A DNA stretch of 64,000 nt from Camelus ferus (GCF_009834535.1 NC_045698.1:11038001-11102000); one strand, 5' to 3'. Counted from the stretch's first letter, positions 1 through 13,700 are shown. Program-made: numbers and translations. Notes: generated from the sequence alone by a model not told the origin.

Positions 1-201
1 GCCAGCCAAGACCAACCAGCCACCAGCTAATGAGCCAACAGACTACATGCACGTGTGGGGGCTCAGTCAAGGTCAGCCAAGCCAGCCCAGAACAGAAGAC
101 TCACTCGGTTGACCCACGGAATTGTGGACTAAATAGATGTTGTTGTTGTAAGCTGCTAGGTTGTGAGTTAGTTTATTTTGCCAGGAAAGCTAACTGGCAC
201 A
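1..201 (+). mobile_element. MaLR LTR 3' part (MLT1E/F/G-like), cut by window edge
   Basis: 'gacccacggaattgtggactaaatagatgttgttgttgtaagctgctaggttgtgagttagtttatt...aactggcaca' resembles the MLT1 3' end. Confidence 0.65.
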
Positions 202-405
202 GCGCTCTCTGAAAAAGAAAAAAAAAAAAATCTAGTGAATTGTAGAAGCCAGAAACCATATGCAGGCTGCAGACCCACAAATATTGCAAACATTGACCAA
301 ACACAAGAGACTGATAACATGGTTCTACACTCTAGGACTTTGTTAAAAGTATTTCTTAAGGTGGCTCACTTGCTCTAGGAAAGGTTATGAAAGGCTCACT
401 CACTC

Positions 406-418
406 TTTCATTCTTTCC

Positions 419-495
<77 letters not shown>

Positions 496-638
496 TTTCT
501 TCCTTTCTTCCTTTCTTCCTTTCTTCCTTTCTTCCTTTCTTCCTTTTTTCCTTCCTTCCTTCCTTCCTTCCTTCCTTCCTTCCTTCCTTCCTTCCTTCCT
601 TCCTTCTTTCATTCCTTCATTCCTTCTCTCTCTCTCTT
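406..638. repeat. Compound pyrimidine microsatellite (TTTC)n/(TTCC)n/(CT)n
   Basis: Directly visible; explains spurious ORFs 387..725 and 400..663. Confidence 0.97.
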
Positions 639-1054
639 TCGTGTGGTTTTCAGGAAAGACCAAACAGTGAAATGATGCATTATAAAACTAAGGAAGATAA
701 AACAACATGTCTTCCCAGGCAGTGAACAAGGTATACACCCTAATACTAGAGAAGCAATAAAATTTGCCTTGTTAATCCAATCACAGTGATGTTTAACTGC
801 TGTTGAACTTAATACTTAAAAATATATTGTAAATAGCCAGTCCTCCAAGGCAAGCAAAGATTGAATCAGGAAAGCATTAAAGGTGGTAATTTTACTTATT
901 TTTTTTATTACCTTTGTATTTCCAGGAAGAGTAATACTATATTTTTTAATTTGGAATTTTTTTCTTTACATTTTGAGAAGTTGGAAACAACTTCACCAAA
1001 GGAAATGAAAAATATCTGGAGTGTAACGTCTGTGCTGGTTTGAGCACTGTTTGG

Positions 1055-1210
1055 CCCACTTGTTATGTGACCTTCAACTAGTCTCTTCGTGCCCTCACCT
1101 ATAAATTGAGCATCAGGATATCTATTCCACAGGATTAAGTGAGGATAAATAAAACCGTGTACATTAAAGGGATCAGCACATTGTAAATATTTAATGAGTA
1201 TTTACTACAA
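1055..1210 (+). mobile_element. MIR SINE fragment
   Basis: 'tgtgaccttcaac...ctcacctataaattgag...acaggattaagtgaggataaataa' is a degraded MIR core and 3' end. Confidence 0.5.
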
Positions 1211-2383
1211 TCCTGTAATTTTAAAAATTCTTCAAACTTGTTCTAGAATATCTCTGGATCAAGAAAAAGTAAGGATGAATGAATGGTGCAGCATTATAAA
1301 ACTGATGATTATAAAGAAGCCCAAACTTTGAATTCAGTTTAAAATTGTTTTTCGTTAATAGTATTCCATTGTAATTACCAAAAGTTGACATGTTTATGAA
1401 ATTCTTCATTCCACACTAATAATTATACATTTTAGTACTGTTCTTTAGATATAATACAATTACATAGCACTTTATATTTTCTAAGTGGCTGTAATATCTT
1501 TTACATTACTTGACTTTGTCTTCCTTACTTTGATATAAGTAGGGAGGATCTTATTAAGTCTACATTATTAAGGGGAAAACTGAGACCCTACTAAATTAAA
1601 TGGCTCTAAATTCTCATCCTGATTCCAGGCTACATAGCCAATGTCAGTTTACAGATCAGCAGGTGGATGTGTGCAGTCGTGGATACGTGTGCCATGCTTT
1701 GCTAGTTATTTTAAATTTAAGTTCCCCTGACACTTTTCTGCTTATTTTGGAGGGCAGAAGTTGTTTTGTTAAGGTTTTCTTCAGACACAACACAGAGAAG
1801 ACAGGTTTGGAGACTGGACTGAAAATGGAACCTTTGGGTGAGTAAAATTTATTTACTCTTGGCAAACCACAGCTTCCTGTTATCTGACCTTTTCTTAGAG
1901 AGGCTTTTTCTTTTTAAAGGAAAGTAGTTTTAAACACCTATTTAAAAAAAAGTTCTTGGACATTAGATAACTATGAAATAAACCAAATTTTAATGATTGA
2001 AGTGTAAATGAATCAAAAACATTTGGATAAAATTTTCTTTAAAACACACATGGGTTTAAAAACAAAATAAAATTGCTTAGGGCCAAATACACCTGGAGTT
2101 TTATTGAACCCCAAACATTCGGAAAGTAGTTTGTGACCTTCAACAGACTGTTACTATACCTCATTCCTAAACTCCTTTTTTGCACGTATCCAGTGGAACC
2201 TATGTCAGGGTGAGTTGCTAACAAGGTGAGGCTGTACTAAAATGATGACCCAAAATACTCTGACCCACTCCAGTGTCTGAAATTTCACCATAGCACTATT
2301 TTTTGCTAAAGAGATTTATCATCTGGAAAAAGCAGATCCTTATTAGAACGTGAATAATATTGGGAAAAATAATTAGACATTAG

Positions 2384-2545
2384 TATTTACATGGCCCTCT
2401 AAAATTAATAAACACTTTCACATACCTGTTAATTTGAATGTTAATTTTATAGTTTTACAAAATATGCTCATGTGCTTTATCTGAGATTCAGAGAGAGAAG
2501 TGATTTACCCAAGACACACAGTGGTCAAGCCAGGAACCAAGAACT
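2384..2545 (-). mobile_element. MIR SINE fragment
   Basis: 'ctgagattcagagagagaagtgatttacccaagacacacag' is the MIR core in antisense. Confidence 0.5.
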
Positions 2546-2619
2546 TTTGTGCCTCAGTCTACACCATGCTCCCTCTTGGAAAGCACGCACATCTTTGCAT
2601 TCACCAACCCATCAATTGA

Positions 2620-2900
2620 ACTGAGGAGTAAAATGGCAAGAGGGCATGGTGACTGCAAGCAATGGCTACTCTTTCATCAAACTTGTCTGTGAAGGAGAGG
2701 TTAGAGACGAGCATACTCTGAGATATTTTTTGTATGCTGAGATGGAGGGGCCACCAGAAGATAGAGTTTGAAGATCCAGGAGGGAGGAGGGAGAGCTAAT
2801 GGAACAAAATCCCTGAGGAAGCAGGTGGCGTTAGGATCCAGAAAGCAGACTGAAGGATGGCTGTACCTTACCCTGAACAAGGAGAACAGGAGTGAGGATG
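2620..2900 (-). mobile_element. L2 LINE fragment
   Basis: Purine-rich 'gtttgaagatccaggagggag...ccctgaggaagcaggtgg..ggatccaga' typical of antisense L2. Confidence 0.5.
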
Positions 2901-3353
2901 GATGCAGACGCACGGAAATTGCTAAACCGGATGGGCAGGGAGTCGGGGGAGTTAATCGCTGGAAAGCCTTCATCGCCACGTTGAAGCAAAAAGTGAGGTA
3001 CCTGCTGAGAGGCAAGATGGGACCAAGGGAAGATGAGAGAGAGGGAAGCATAGAGTAGGTCTTAAGAAGCAAAGGAGAGGTTAGTGACTAAGGATCCTTA
3101 AAGAGATTATTGGCCAAGTGCAACTTTATTTTTCCTCCCAGACAAATGGTTTTTCCAAGCAGTGCTCAGCAGCTTAGTTGTGGGAGTAAAAAGTCTGATG
3201 TTTAGATTAATCTGAAATTAGAGTTTTATAAGATACCTGTGGTTGATGGTTTATTCAGAGATAAAGTGGTTTTGCATAGTGATTCAGTCCAGGACTTGGC
3301 CCTGGAAATAGTTTCCTAAAGGAAAATGAAGTTGAAAGTTTGATCCACTTAGA

Positions 3354-3953
3354 TGTTGCAGTCACCTGGGATCCCGATGGCTTTTGGCATTGAAAGAAAG
3401 TGTATGTGCCAAGTGTCAAGGATCTCAACTAAAAGTGGACACAGACAAGGGGTTGGCATATGATCATAACACAGACTACCAGGAGGCATGAGATCTGAGC
3501 GTTCTGAGCCTAAAGATCCTTTTAAATGAGGATAATATAGTGTGAAAATAGCTATGTTGACCAAGAAACCTCCCACCATTATCCTCAGATTCATGGGAAG
3601 TAGTAAGAGCAGATACTCAAGGGTCTAAGGGAAACAGACGGAAGAGGATGCCCCCCAAGACCAGGCTGAGAATCGGGAATTGCAGAGGACATCACAGAGG
3701 ATGCTGGGGAGATGGCAGCTTGGGTGAAAACACAGGCAAGGGGAGCAGAGGACAGGACAGAGTAACCAAGGGGCTTATATTTGGGGTGATGTTCAAGGTT
3801 GCCATGGGGAGAGTGGTATGAGGTTCGGTTGAATTCACAGCTCTTCTTGAAGCTCTGATTAAAGTTCTATTGGTGACAGTCTAACCAGCAATTGAGCCTT
3901 TACTCAAAGTCCCAGATGGACCATAGATGCAATTTTGTTTCTTGTCTCCATCA
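3354..3953 (+). mobile_element. Ancient solo LTR (LTR78/LTR79-like)
   Basis: TG...CA bounded ~600 bp, ATTAAA near 3' end, 3' half resembles remembered LTR79; flanks taga/caga. Confidence 0.4.
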
Positions 3954-4759
3954 CAGATGTGGCAACTCCAGGTGCAAAATTTAGAGGTTCCAACAGAATT
4001 CTTACATTTGCTGCTCCCAATTCCCCAACACAGTAGAAGCTCAAGAAATGTTGAATGACTTTGTGAATTCTTGGTCTGGTCACTTCCTGATTACTTGTTA
4101 TATTTTCTGGCTAAAGCTGTAGGAATTTTTAGCTTTCCCTTTGCAAAAACCTCCTCTTATTTCTTACATATTCCCACAGAAACCAGTTTGATTATTTCTT
4201 CCAGGGATCTTAAAGCTGTACTATTTTTCTGAAGACACAGTATGTATTTTTCCTGAAATGGAAAGTTTTAATTCTTGAATGATTGGGTCCTGTAACATGG
4301 ATTTGTGGAATGTTCAGCTGTATAGTTTGCTGGGTTTGCAGGCTTTGTCAGTTAGTCCTATTTTTATAAACAAATTACTCTTACAGTTTCTCCAGTGTAT
4401 TATTGTTAAGTAATTTTTGTGAAAATATGTGCTAATATTACTTAGGTTGTCTTGACAAACAAAATATTTTTATATTTAGGCATTCTAGATACTTTCTTTG
4501 TGTAAAATATAAGAGAATTATGTGTGTTTCTTTGACATGTTCATTCCTTATGACTTGGGAATTCTACACAATAAAGAAGTATGTTTGACTATTTCTAAAA
4601 GTTCATTGGAACATATCAATATAAAGGAACCAAGAGAAATAGAAGAACCAAAAAAGAATTCACTCACTTCTAAATTAAGACAATAATGGTAAATTTGGGA
4701 GTTGTTTTCTTATAAATTATAGTTACAGAATAGGAAGTGCTTTAGCTCACTTTGAAAAA

Positions 4760-5470
4760 TTATTTCTTTGACAAATAATGATTGAGCGTCTATTGTGTGA
4801 CAGCCTCTGGCAATGAAGATACGGCAGTAAACAAAACAAAGTCCCTGTTTCCTTGGGGTTTATAGTCTAAAGGGAGATGGATGAACATTTGAATAAGTAA
4901 ATAATCAAGATAATTCCAGATAGTGATAATGATCATTCTTATGCTGAAAATAAAATAGGGCCATCCGATAAAGGGTGCTAAAGGCTAGGAGCTGCTTTAG
5001 ATGGAAGTTGGAGGAAGCCTCTCTATGGAGACAACATTTGCGCTGAGAGTTGGATGATGAGGAGCCAGGCAGTCATGCTCTGGAGGAAAGAGTGATCAAA
5101 ACAGCAGTCTCTGAGGAGGGAGCCCACTGGACAGTCCATGTGGGGCAGTTGAAGGAGCCAGGGGGACAGAGTCTGAGACGAGATGCAAGCTGGGGGAGCA
5201 GTCAGATGATGTGTGCTCGGAGGGACTTGGGGAGGGCATTCGGATTTCATTATAAATGTGGTGGGAAGCTGCTGGGAGATTGACCAAATTTGATTTTTGT
5301 GATTAAAAGATTACTGTGGCAGCTATAAAAAAATTTGGTGGCTGTGAAGGCAAGAGTAGGAACAGGAACACTGTTTAGGAGGCTCTTATTGGGGCCCTAG
5401 TGAGAGATGTGGCAACATGGGTTAGATTGGTAGTAGGGAGAAGGAGTTGAGTCAATTCAGGAATATTTTT
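4760..5470 (-). mobile_element. L2a/L2b LINE 3' end
   Basis: 'acaaataatgattgagcgtctattgtgtgacag...gatacggcagtaaacaaaacaaagtccctg' and later L2 landmarks ('gggaagctgctgg', 'aaaagattactgtggc', 'ttaggaggct'). Confidence 0.8.
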
Positions 5471-6538
5471 GTAATTTATTGCCATGAAGTGTACATAATG
5501 TAGTATTTACCATCTTGGCCATTCTTAGGTGTACAATTCAGTGGCATTAGGTACATTCACAATGTTGTACATACATGACCACCGTCTGTCTCCAAAACTT
5601 TTCATCATCTCTAACATAAGCTCTGTGTCCATTAAATAATTCTCCCCATTTCCACCTCTACAGCCCTTGACAACCCCTATTCTCCTTTCTGTATCTATGA
5701 GTTTGTCTATTCTTGGCTGCTCTTACATAAGTGAAATCATACAAAATTTGTCTTTTTGTTTCTGGTTTATTTCACTTTGCATAATGTTTTCAAGGTCCAG
5801 CCACATTGTAGCATGTATCAAATATTTTTTATGACTGAATAATGTTCCATTGTATGCACATACCACATTCTGTTTATCCACTCATATGCTGGCACACACT
5901 TGGTTGTTTCCACCTCTTGGCTATTGTAAACAATACTGCTATGAACATTGATATACAAGTATCTATTTGAGTCCCTGCTGTATTACAGGGTAATTTTGTG
6001 TTTAACTTTTTGAGAAAATGCTAAATTGTTTTACACAGTGGCTGCATCATTTTGCATCCTCACCAGTAGTGTACAAGTGTTCAGATTTCTCCATATCTTA
6101 ACCAACAGTTATTTTCCAAATCTTTTTTTATTACATCCATCCTAATGTGTGTGACATGGTATCTCACTGTGGTTTTGGATTTGCATTTTTCTAATGACTA
6201 GTGATGTTAGCATCTTTTCATGTGCTTATTGACTATTTCTATATCTTCTTTAGAAAAATGTCTATTCAAGCTTTTTGGCCATTCTGGAATTGGGTTTTTT
6301 TGTTTGTTTTCATGGGTTTTTCTGGTGTTAAGTTGTAGGAGTTCTTTATAAATGTTCCTGATGTGAGTGGTTTATCAGATGTGTGATTTGCAAATATGTT
6401 CTTTCATTCTGTGGTTTGTCTTTTCACTCTCTTGATAGTGTCCTTTGATGTACAATAGCTTTTAATTTTGATGAAGTCCAATTTATCTATTTTTCTTCTG
6501 TTGCCTGATTTTTGTTGTCATAAAAGACATGACCAAAT
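5471..6538 (-). mobile_element. Old L1 (L1MB-like) 3'UTR and ORF2 end, first part
   Basis: 'gtgtacaattcagtggcattaggtacattcacaatgttgt' L1MB 3' end; antisense ORF2 motifs; interrupted by a younger L1. Confidence 0.85.
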
Positions 6539-7670
6539 AAACAAATGAGACCTAATTAAACTTACAAGCTTCTGCACAGCAAAGGAAACCATAAACAAAA
6601 CTAAACGACAACCTACAGAATGGGAGAAAATTTTTGCAAACGATGAAACCGACAAAGGCTTGATCTCCAGAATATATAAGCAGCTCATATGACTTAATAA
6701 GAAAAAAACAAACAACCCAATCCAAAAATGGGCAGAAGACCTAAACAAGCAATTCTTCAAGGAAGAAATACAAATGATCAATAGGCACATGAAAAACTGC
6801 TCAGTATCACTAATTATCAGAGAAATGCAAATCAAAACTACAGTGAGGTATCACCTCACACCAGTCAGAATGGCCATCATTCAAAAGCCAACAAATGACA
6901 AATGCTGGAGAGGCTGTGGAGAAAAGGGAACCCTCCTACACTGCTGGTGGGTATGCAGTTTGGTGAAGCCACTGTGGAAAGCAGTATGGAGATTCCTCAA
7001 AAGACTAGGAGTACACTTACCATATGACCCAGGAATCCCACTCCTGGGCATATATCCAGAAGGAACCCTACTTCAAAAAGACACTTGCACCCCAATGTTC
7101 ATAGCAGCATTATTTACCATAGCCAAGACATGGAAATAGCCTAAATACCCATCAACAGATGACTGGATAAAGAAGATTTGGTATATTTATACAATGGAAT
7201 ACTATTCAGCCATAAAAAATGACAACATAACACCATTTCCAGCAACATGGATGTCCCTGGAGAATGTCATTCTAAGTGAAGTAAGCCAGAAAGAGAAAGA
7301 AAAATACCATATGAAATCACTCATATGTGGGATATGAAAAAAAAAAAGAGAACATAAATACAAAACAGAAACAGACTCATAGACATAGAATAGAAACTTG
7401 TGGTTGCCAAGGGGGAGGGGGGTGGGAAAGGATAGACTGGGAGTTCAAAATTTGTAGATACTGACAGGCATATGTAGAATAGATAAACAAGATTATATTG
7501 TATAGCACAGGGAAATATATACAAGATCTTGTGGTAGCTCACAGCAAAAAAAAAAATGTGACAATGAATATATGTATGTTCATGTATAACTGAAAAATTG
7601 TGCTCTACCCTGGAATTTGACACCACATTGTGAAATGACTATAACTCAATAAAAAAAAAGTTAAAAAAAA
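6539..7670 (+). mobile_element. Young camelid-type L1, 5'-truncated (~1.1 kb), ORF2 C-terminus and 3'UTR, disabled
   Basis: ORF 6774..7139 encodes the L1 ORF2 CCHC region ([18 protein letters not shown]...[16 protein letters not shown]); in-frame stops; A-tail; perfect TSD atgaccaaat at 6529-6538 and 7671-7680. Confidence 0.95.
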
Positions 7671-7910
7671 ATGACCAAATCTAAGATCATGAAATTTCTT
7701 TTATGTTTTCTTCTAAGTGTTTTTTAGTTTCACCTCCCAAGTTTAGACCTTTGACACATTTTGAGTTAATTTTTGTATATGGGGTAAGAAAAGAGTTCAA
7801 TTTCATTCTTTTGCACATGGATACTCTGTTTTCCCAAAATCATTTTTTGGGAAGATTTCCTTTCCTCTTTGAATGGTCTTGGCATCCTTGCCAAAGATCA
7901 ATCAACCACC
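7671..7910 (-). mobile_element. Old L1 (L1MB-like), continuation after nested insertion
   Basis: 'cattttgagttaatttttgtatatgg...ttcattcttttgcacatggata' continues the antisense ORF2 broken at 6538. Confidence 0.85.
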
Positions 7911-8099
7911 TTAGCTCACTTTTGTAAAAAAGTTTATAGCTTTTGAGAAGCACAGAGAACACTTATGTTAAAGTATTTGCCTAAGGATCAAATCCAGAGT
8001 GTTAGTAGTATTGAATTGTCATGTGTCCTGATTCTAATTGTTGGAATCAAGGTATGAGAGTAGGAATTGAGGCTTTAATAATTAAAAAGTATATAAGTA

Positions 8100-8483
8100 T
8101 GTATTAGTCTACTTGAGCTGTCATAACAAAATATACCATAGACTGGGTGGTTTAAACAACAGAAATTTATTTTCTCACAATTCTGGAGCCTCAAAGTCCA
8201 AGACTGAGGGACCAGCAAGGTATGTACCTGATGTGAGACCTCTCCTTGGGGTACAAATGACTGTCTTCATGTTGTGGCCTCACATGGCACAGAGCAAGAG
8301 AGAGGCCATTCTGGTCTCTCTAGTGCCAATTCCTAGGAGCACTAACCCTTTAGATTAGGGCCCCATCCTTATGGTCTCATTTGATCTATATCACCTTCTC
8401 AGAGGCAGTATCTCCAAATACTGTCACATTGGAGGCTAAGGTTTCAACATATGAATTTTGGTCTATAACATTTAGTTCATGAC
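8100..8483 (-). mobile_element. MaLR solo LTR (MLT1A/B-like)
   Basis: 'tgtattagtc...cataacaaaatataccatagactgggtggtttaaacaacagaaatttatt...tttcaacatatgaattt...catgaca'. Confidence 0.88.
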
Positions 8484-10033
8484 AAAGTATTGGGTCATCC
8501 CTTTGGGTCTGTTTAAGTGTATCTTCATGCTGGTGCTGTACAAAAGAAGGAAGAGAAGTTTCCCCAGTGCTTTGAAATCCAGTGTTGGGGATGTCAGCAT
8601 CACAGAAATTGAGTAGTAGACAGACCAAAGAGATGACCCAATGTACTCATCCCATTAAATTGCGTGGGGAGGCTTTATACCTGAGAGATGATGTACTTTG
8701 CACAAGTCAGACAGCCAATAACTCTTAGACACAATTTTAAACCAATTTTGCCAATCTTAAACCTACTGCTCTTTCCAGACTGAAAACGTTAAAAATTCCA
8801 CACCTCAGAAGTCCTGTGAAATTCTCTTTGCCTTAATGGCATGTAACGTGTTCAAGCAGGAAGAATGTGTTGATTTATTTCATCAACCATGATTTTTTCA
8901 CATGAATATTTCTCACAGAATGGCAGCCATCTGGTCAATTTATTTTCTTCCCTGTTGGCAAGAGTTTCAGACTCTTGGCTTCTACCTGTCTGTGGGCAGA
9001 TATCAGAACTGCCATCACAATCAAGTAAAAGAAAACGATTGAAAATTACAAAGAGATAGTGGGAGCCGTTCTATTTCATGAAAACTTGGAAAGTTTTTTC
9101 TTTTTTTTTAAGTTGCGATGCCACCATCTCCATTCATTTAAATAAAAGCATGTCTCTACTTACTAGCTGGAAGACTTGGGTTCTGTGTCTGGAGGAAGGT
9201 GTCTGACTGTAGTCTATTTCCTGTGTGGTGCACATTTTGGGGTCTCAGAGGCAGATCCACAAATATCAGGGCTTTAATACAGCTTTGCTATGGAAATCAC
9301 TTGACAATGCAAATAAAGGACATATTACCTGCACACTGCATCTTAACATCTAATGAAAATAGCGTATGGATATATATTCCAGCAAAAAGCAGAGATTCTT
9401 TAAGACTCCATTCAGTTCGAGGCAAATCAGAGAGTCCTCTGTTAGCTGGAGTGGGTAAGTTTGTCGGTTTTCCCCTGACATACAACAATTCCACTCTTTT
9501 CACCTTTCTGGCATGCAGTGATCTTGAACCTCCACAGCCCGGGTTTGTGGATTGCTGATGTCATTCCAACACATGGTTGAAGCCCGCTCTGCATACATTA
9601 CGGAGAGCAGCTCGCCTCAGTATTTAAATGCAAGTTGTCTCCCTTGCCAAGGGAAATGCAGGGCCTCTAATAAGCCCCATGTGTGCGGGAAACTTGATGG
9701 AAGTTTGGAATTTGCCAGTCTCTGCAGAGGAATGTTCTATGGAAATACAGTTCTGTATTTGTCATTATGGCATCACGCTGTCACAATTCAAGTGCATTTA
9801 GGGATTTAATACTCTTCGAGACACATCTCCCTTTTCGTAATCACGTAATATTGTGCCGTGTTGGAAAAACAGGATGCCCAACTTACCTTGTTTTGCCAAG
9901 GACTCCCAGGTTTCGAAACTCTTTGGGCCTCAGTTTCTTCGCCTGAATCCTGTAGGAAATTTAGCAAGATGGGTTTTTTTGTTTATTTGTTTTTGTTTTT
10001 GTTTGTTTAGGGATTAGCAGGTACAAACTACGG

Positions 10034-10093
<60 letters not shown>

Positions 10094-10150
10094 GATAGAG
10101 ATTGATAGATAGAGATAGATAGATAGATAGATAGAGATAGATAGATAGAT
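10034..10150. repeat. (GATA)n microsatellite with GAGATA interruptions
   Basis: Directly visible. Confidence 0.97.
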
Positions 10151-10430
10151 TTTATAATCTGCTAGTTATGAAAGGCTCTGACTGCTTTGCTAATCTTTAC
10201 TTTAAATTTTTTCAGTTCTTATTTGTTTACTCTGACTGCTCTAGATTAAATGTGCCCTCTCTTGCTTCACTACTTTGTTCCAGAGCTTCTGCCTATCAGT
10301 GGAGAAAGTCATCTATCTGAGTGATCATTCCATTAACAACTCATATTGCCTATTCTCTGAGCCCTGTTGCTCTATGGAAATCCTTTCATTCATTTACAAT
10401 TCACTTGCCATGTACCCAGCACAAAGCAAG

Positions 10431-10791
10431 TGTTATGGACCGAATTGTGCCCACTCCCAGCCCCCTTCCTCCAAATTATTGTGTTGAAGCCCTAACCACC
10501 AATGTTGACTATACTAGGAGTACGGAAGTAATTAAGGTTAAATGAGGTCATAAGGGCGGGGCTCCAGTTTGATAGGATTAGTGTCCTTATAAGAAGAGAC
10601 ACCAGAGAGCTCATTCTCTCTTCCAAGTGAGGTCATGGTGAGAAGCCAGGAAGAGAGCTCTCACCAGGAACCAACCATGATGGCACCCTGAGCTCAAAAT
10701 TCCAGCCTCCAGAACTATAAGGGATAAATTTCTATTGTTTAACCACCCAGTGTGTGGTATTTTGTTACGGCAGCAAGAGCTGATGAAGACA
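10431..10791 (+). mobile_element. MaLR solo LTR (MLT1A-like)
   Basis: 'tgttatggaccgaattgtg...aattaaggttaaatgaggtcataaggg...ccagcctccagaact...gtattttgttacggcagc...gaagaca'. Confidence 0.9.
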
Positions 10792-13700
10792 GAAGGTGTA
10801 AAATTGTAGGCAAGGTCAGCTACTTAAAGCAGACATGTTTGGAGATAGGGAAGTGGCACCTTTGGCACCCTGACACCTAAGCGGTAAAGGGAACACTCTC
10901 CTCCTCAGCAGAAGTAGCCTGTAGGTCCTAACACTTCCGAATGTCAGCGAGCCAAGTAAAAAAGTTTGTGTGTTGAAAATGTAGAGTTTTAATGAATAAA
11001 TCAGCCCATTTGGAAGTAGATTCCATCTATTAGATGTGAGTCAGAGACACTGACAGAGAGGAACAATGTGACAATATGCTGGTTACTAAGGTTCAGGTCA
11101 AAAGCAGAGACGCTCAGGGGTGACACTTACCTCTTACCAGTAGGCAAGGTAACAGCCCAAGGGAGTGGATGCTGGACAGTGTGCACACCCTGGTGCTTAT
11201 CAGCAGGAGGCCAGTCATGAAAGAGGTCAAGTTAGGACCCTACATAGAGTCACATACATTGTGGCCGAGTGGTTTTATATGTCCTTGATCAACACATGAA
11301 GCCAAAAGCAAAAGAGATACAGGTACAGAACCACAGTGCTGAGGAAGCATAGGGGGCAGTTACAGCTGGACGGCCGGAGTTTCAGAGGAACAGGTGCTCT
11401 TGAAAGAAAGCATAACAATGATGGTTTGGAAGAGACAGTGGACTGCTAGAGAAATGACAAACCTAACTCCTCCTCCCAGCCCCGCAACTGGTCCCTGCGT
11501 GCAGACTGACTGGTCCCTGTCCAGAGGGAAAGGACAGCAATGCAGAGCACTGGGACACTTCACTTGTCTCATTATTCGGAATTCCTTTATAAAACACTTC
11601 AAGGCTTACAGAAACAATGTGTTTAGGGATAGCTTAACTGAAAACTTTAGTGCTTTGTGCACCAAAAAAATATATGTTTGATTTTTCTAGTCACTTATTC
11701 TGAATAAGAAAATCATGGCTGGTTCTACAATTCCCAGTTGAGAGACACACTGAGAATTTCTACTACACATTTTGTGCCCCCTAGAATCTTTCTGACCAGG
11801 GTCAGAGATTTTTGTGGTAATTGCCAGCACAGTGCGGATTTAATTTGGTTTGAGGGGACATGTGAAAAATCCAAGCTCAGCAGGCCAAACCTCACGAAGG
11901 TTTAAAACATGAAATAAAGGCGCAGGCCTCCAGCCATCTCGTTAATGCCCGTGGCTGCCTGTATGTGTACGGACCCAAGGATGAGCCCTGCGAAGCAGCT
12001 AGAAGCTCCTACCATCGACCTTTATGCCTGGATTTTGCACTTGAGGGTTGGGGGGAGGTGAATAATAAGAGGCTGCTGGTTTAATAAAAATCAGCAGAGC
12101 AGGTACCTCCAAAGGGAGAACTGACATTGGAATTGTGAGGCACAGGGCCAATCTCAGATCTGGCACGTCCCCGGGGGTACAGGACAGGACAGCTCAGGGG
12201 GGAGAGTTCTTCTGTGGTAATTTTGCATGGATTCCATGGCACCTGAAGTGTTCCTAGGGCACCGAGGGAAAAGAATTATTCATGCCTCCCTGATCACGTT
12301 CAGCCTAACGGCACAAACCAGTACACAAATAGGGCTGCCGTGCAGGGCTCTTGGGGCTGGAATGTTTGCAGAGCATGTTTTTTTTTTTCCCCAAGAGACT
12401 CTCTAAATTGAGTTGGAGGTGGGGAAAGCTGCTGTACATTAATTGGAAAGTGATTCCAAGAACTAGAATTGGCATGTGGTCAGAGGGTGTTGGAGGGGAC
12501 AGAAAGTAGGTGGGGAGAAGGCTGGGCAGCTGGGAGGGAAAAGGAGAAAAGGAGAGAAGCAGAAAAGCCGGGATAGTGCAGAGGGCTTGGCGAGCTGCCA
12601 GGAGATCTGCCAATGGGGAAGGGATGCATCGCCAAGGTAGAAAATCACTTAGATGCTAAGAACAAAGAAAGCACACCATTCCAAACAAAGAAACTTTGCC
12701 GACCAGACCAACTCTGGTACCCATTCAAAGCATTATTACGCACTGTGAATAAACATGGAGTCTCCTTTACTAACCGCTGACTCCATCATTATTTCAACTC
12801 TGTTGCTTTCCGTTTAAGCCTCTTTCACTAACACCTGATGTTGAATAGACTTGTCTGTCACACAGTGTATTCAGAGATGATCTATTCTTTGGAGCGGTCT
12901 GTAACTATTTTAAATTTCTAAGAACGGTGCCTTTAAGATTATATGTTGTGTGTTTCCTAAGTTATATTCACGCTCTGTAAAGTTGGCAAAGGTACTAAAA
13001 ATAAAGCATAAGAGGATCGTATACTGCTAAGCAAATCAGACAGCTTCTCTTTGGAGAGCAAAGTTGGGGAGGGAAGGAATCTTCATAGATACTCATTTTA
13101 TTTACAGAACAAAGATAAATTAAGTTTAAATTTTTTATGCGCTGTTTTCCAGCAAAAAATGGCATTTTTACCTCATCTTTGACTTTTGAAAAATAAAATC
13201 AAATAAAAAGATGCTAACTGTGGATTTCCCCCTGCTTGCTTTGTTCACGTTTCTCCTCCTGAAATACCCCCTCCTCCGTTTCCAATGCGTCCTCGTTCTT
13301 TAGAGCTTACTGGCTTTTCACCTCCGCTATGAAGCTACTCTTTGTCATCACTGCCTTTAATGATCCATCACTCTCACAGCATTTATTTTCCTGCGTAGTC
13401 ATTTAGTGTTTCATAAATGTGTTCTTTCTTCATGTCTGGAAAAAAGCTCTTTGTGAAAAGACAGTCCTATAAAATGAGGACTATTATTTACCTCTGGATT
13501 CTCCTCTCCATTGAGCTTTGCAAATCAGTGGTGGGGAGGTAAACTCAACTGGTATTTATTGATTGAACATAAAACTGCAGTAGTAGCTTTAACATAATTT
13601 CTCTAACAAAGTGCATATATATCCAAGTTTCTTCTCTGTCAAGATATACATTTTCTTTCTGTATGACTCATTTTATTACCTAAGGTTAAAAAGCCTTACT

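Noticed and set aside
387..725. F/L/S-rich and K/E/R-rich ORFs
   Set aside because: Translations of the (TTTC)/(TTCC) microsatellite.
6774..7139. Zinc-knuckle ORF as a host gene
   Set aside because: L1 ORF2 C-terminal fragment flanked by in-frame stops inside a truncated L1.
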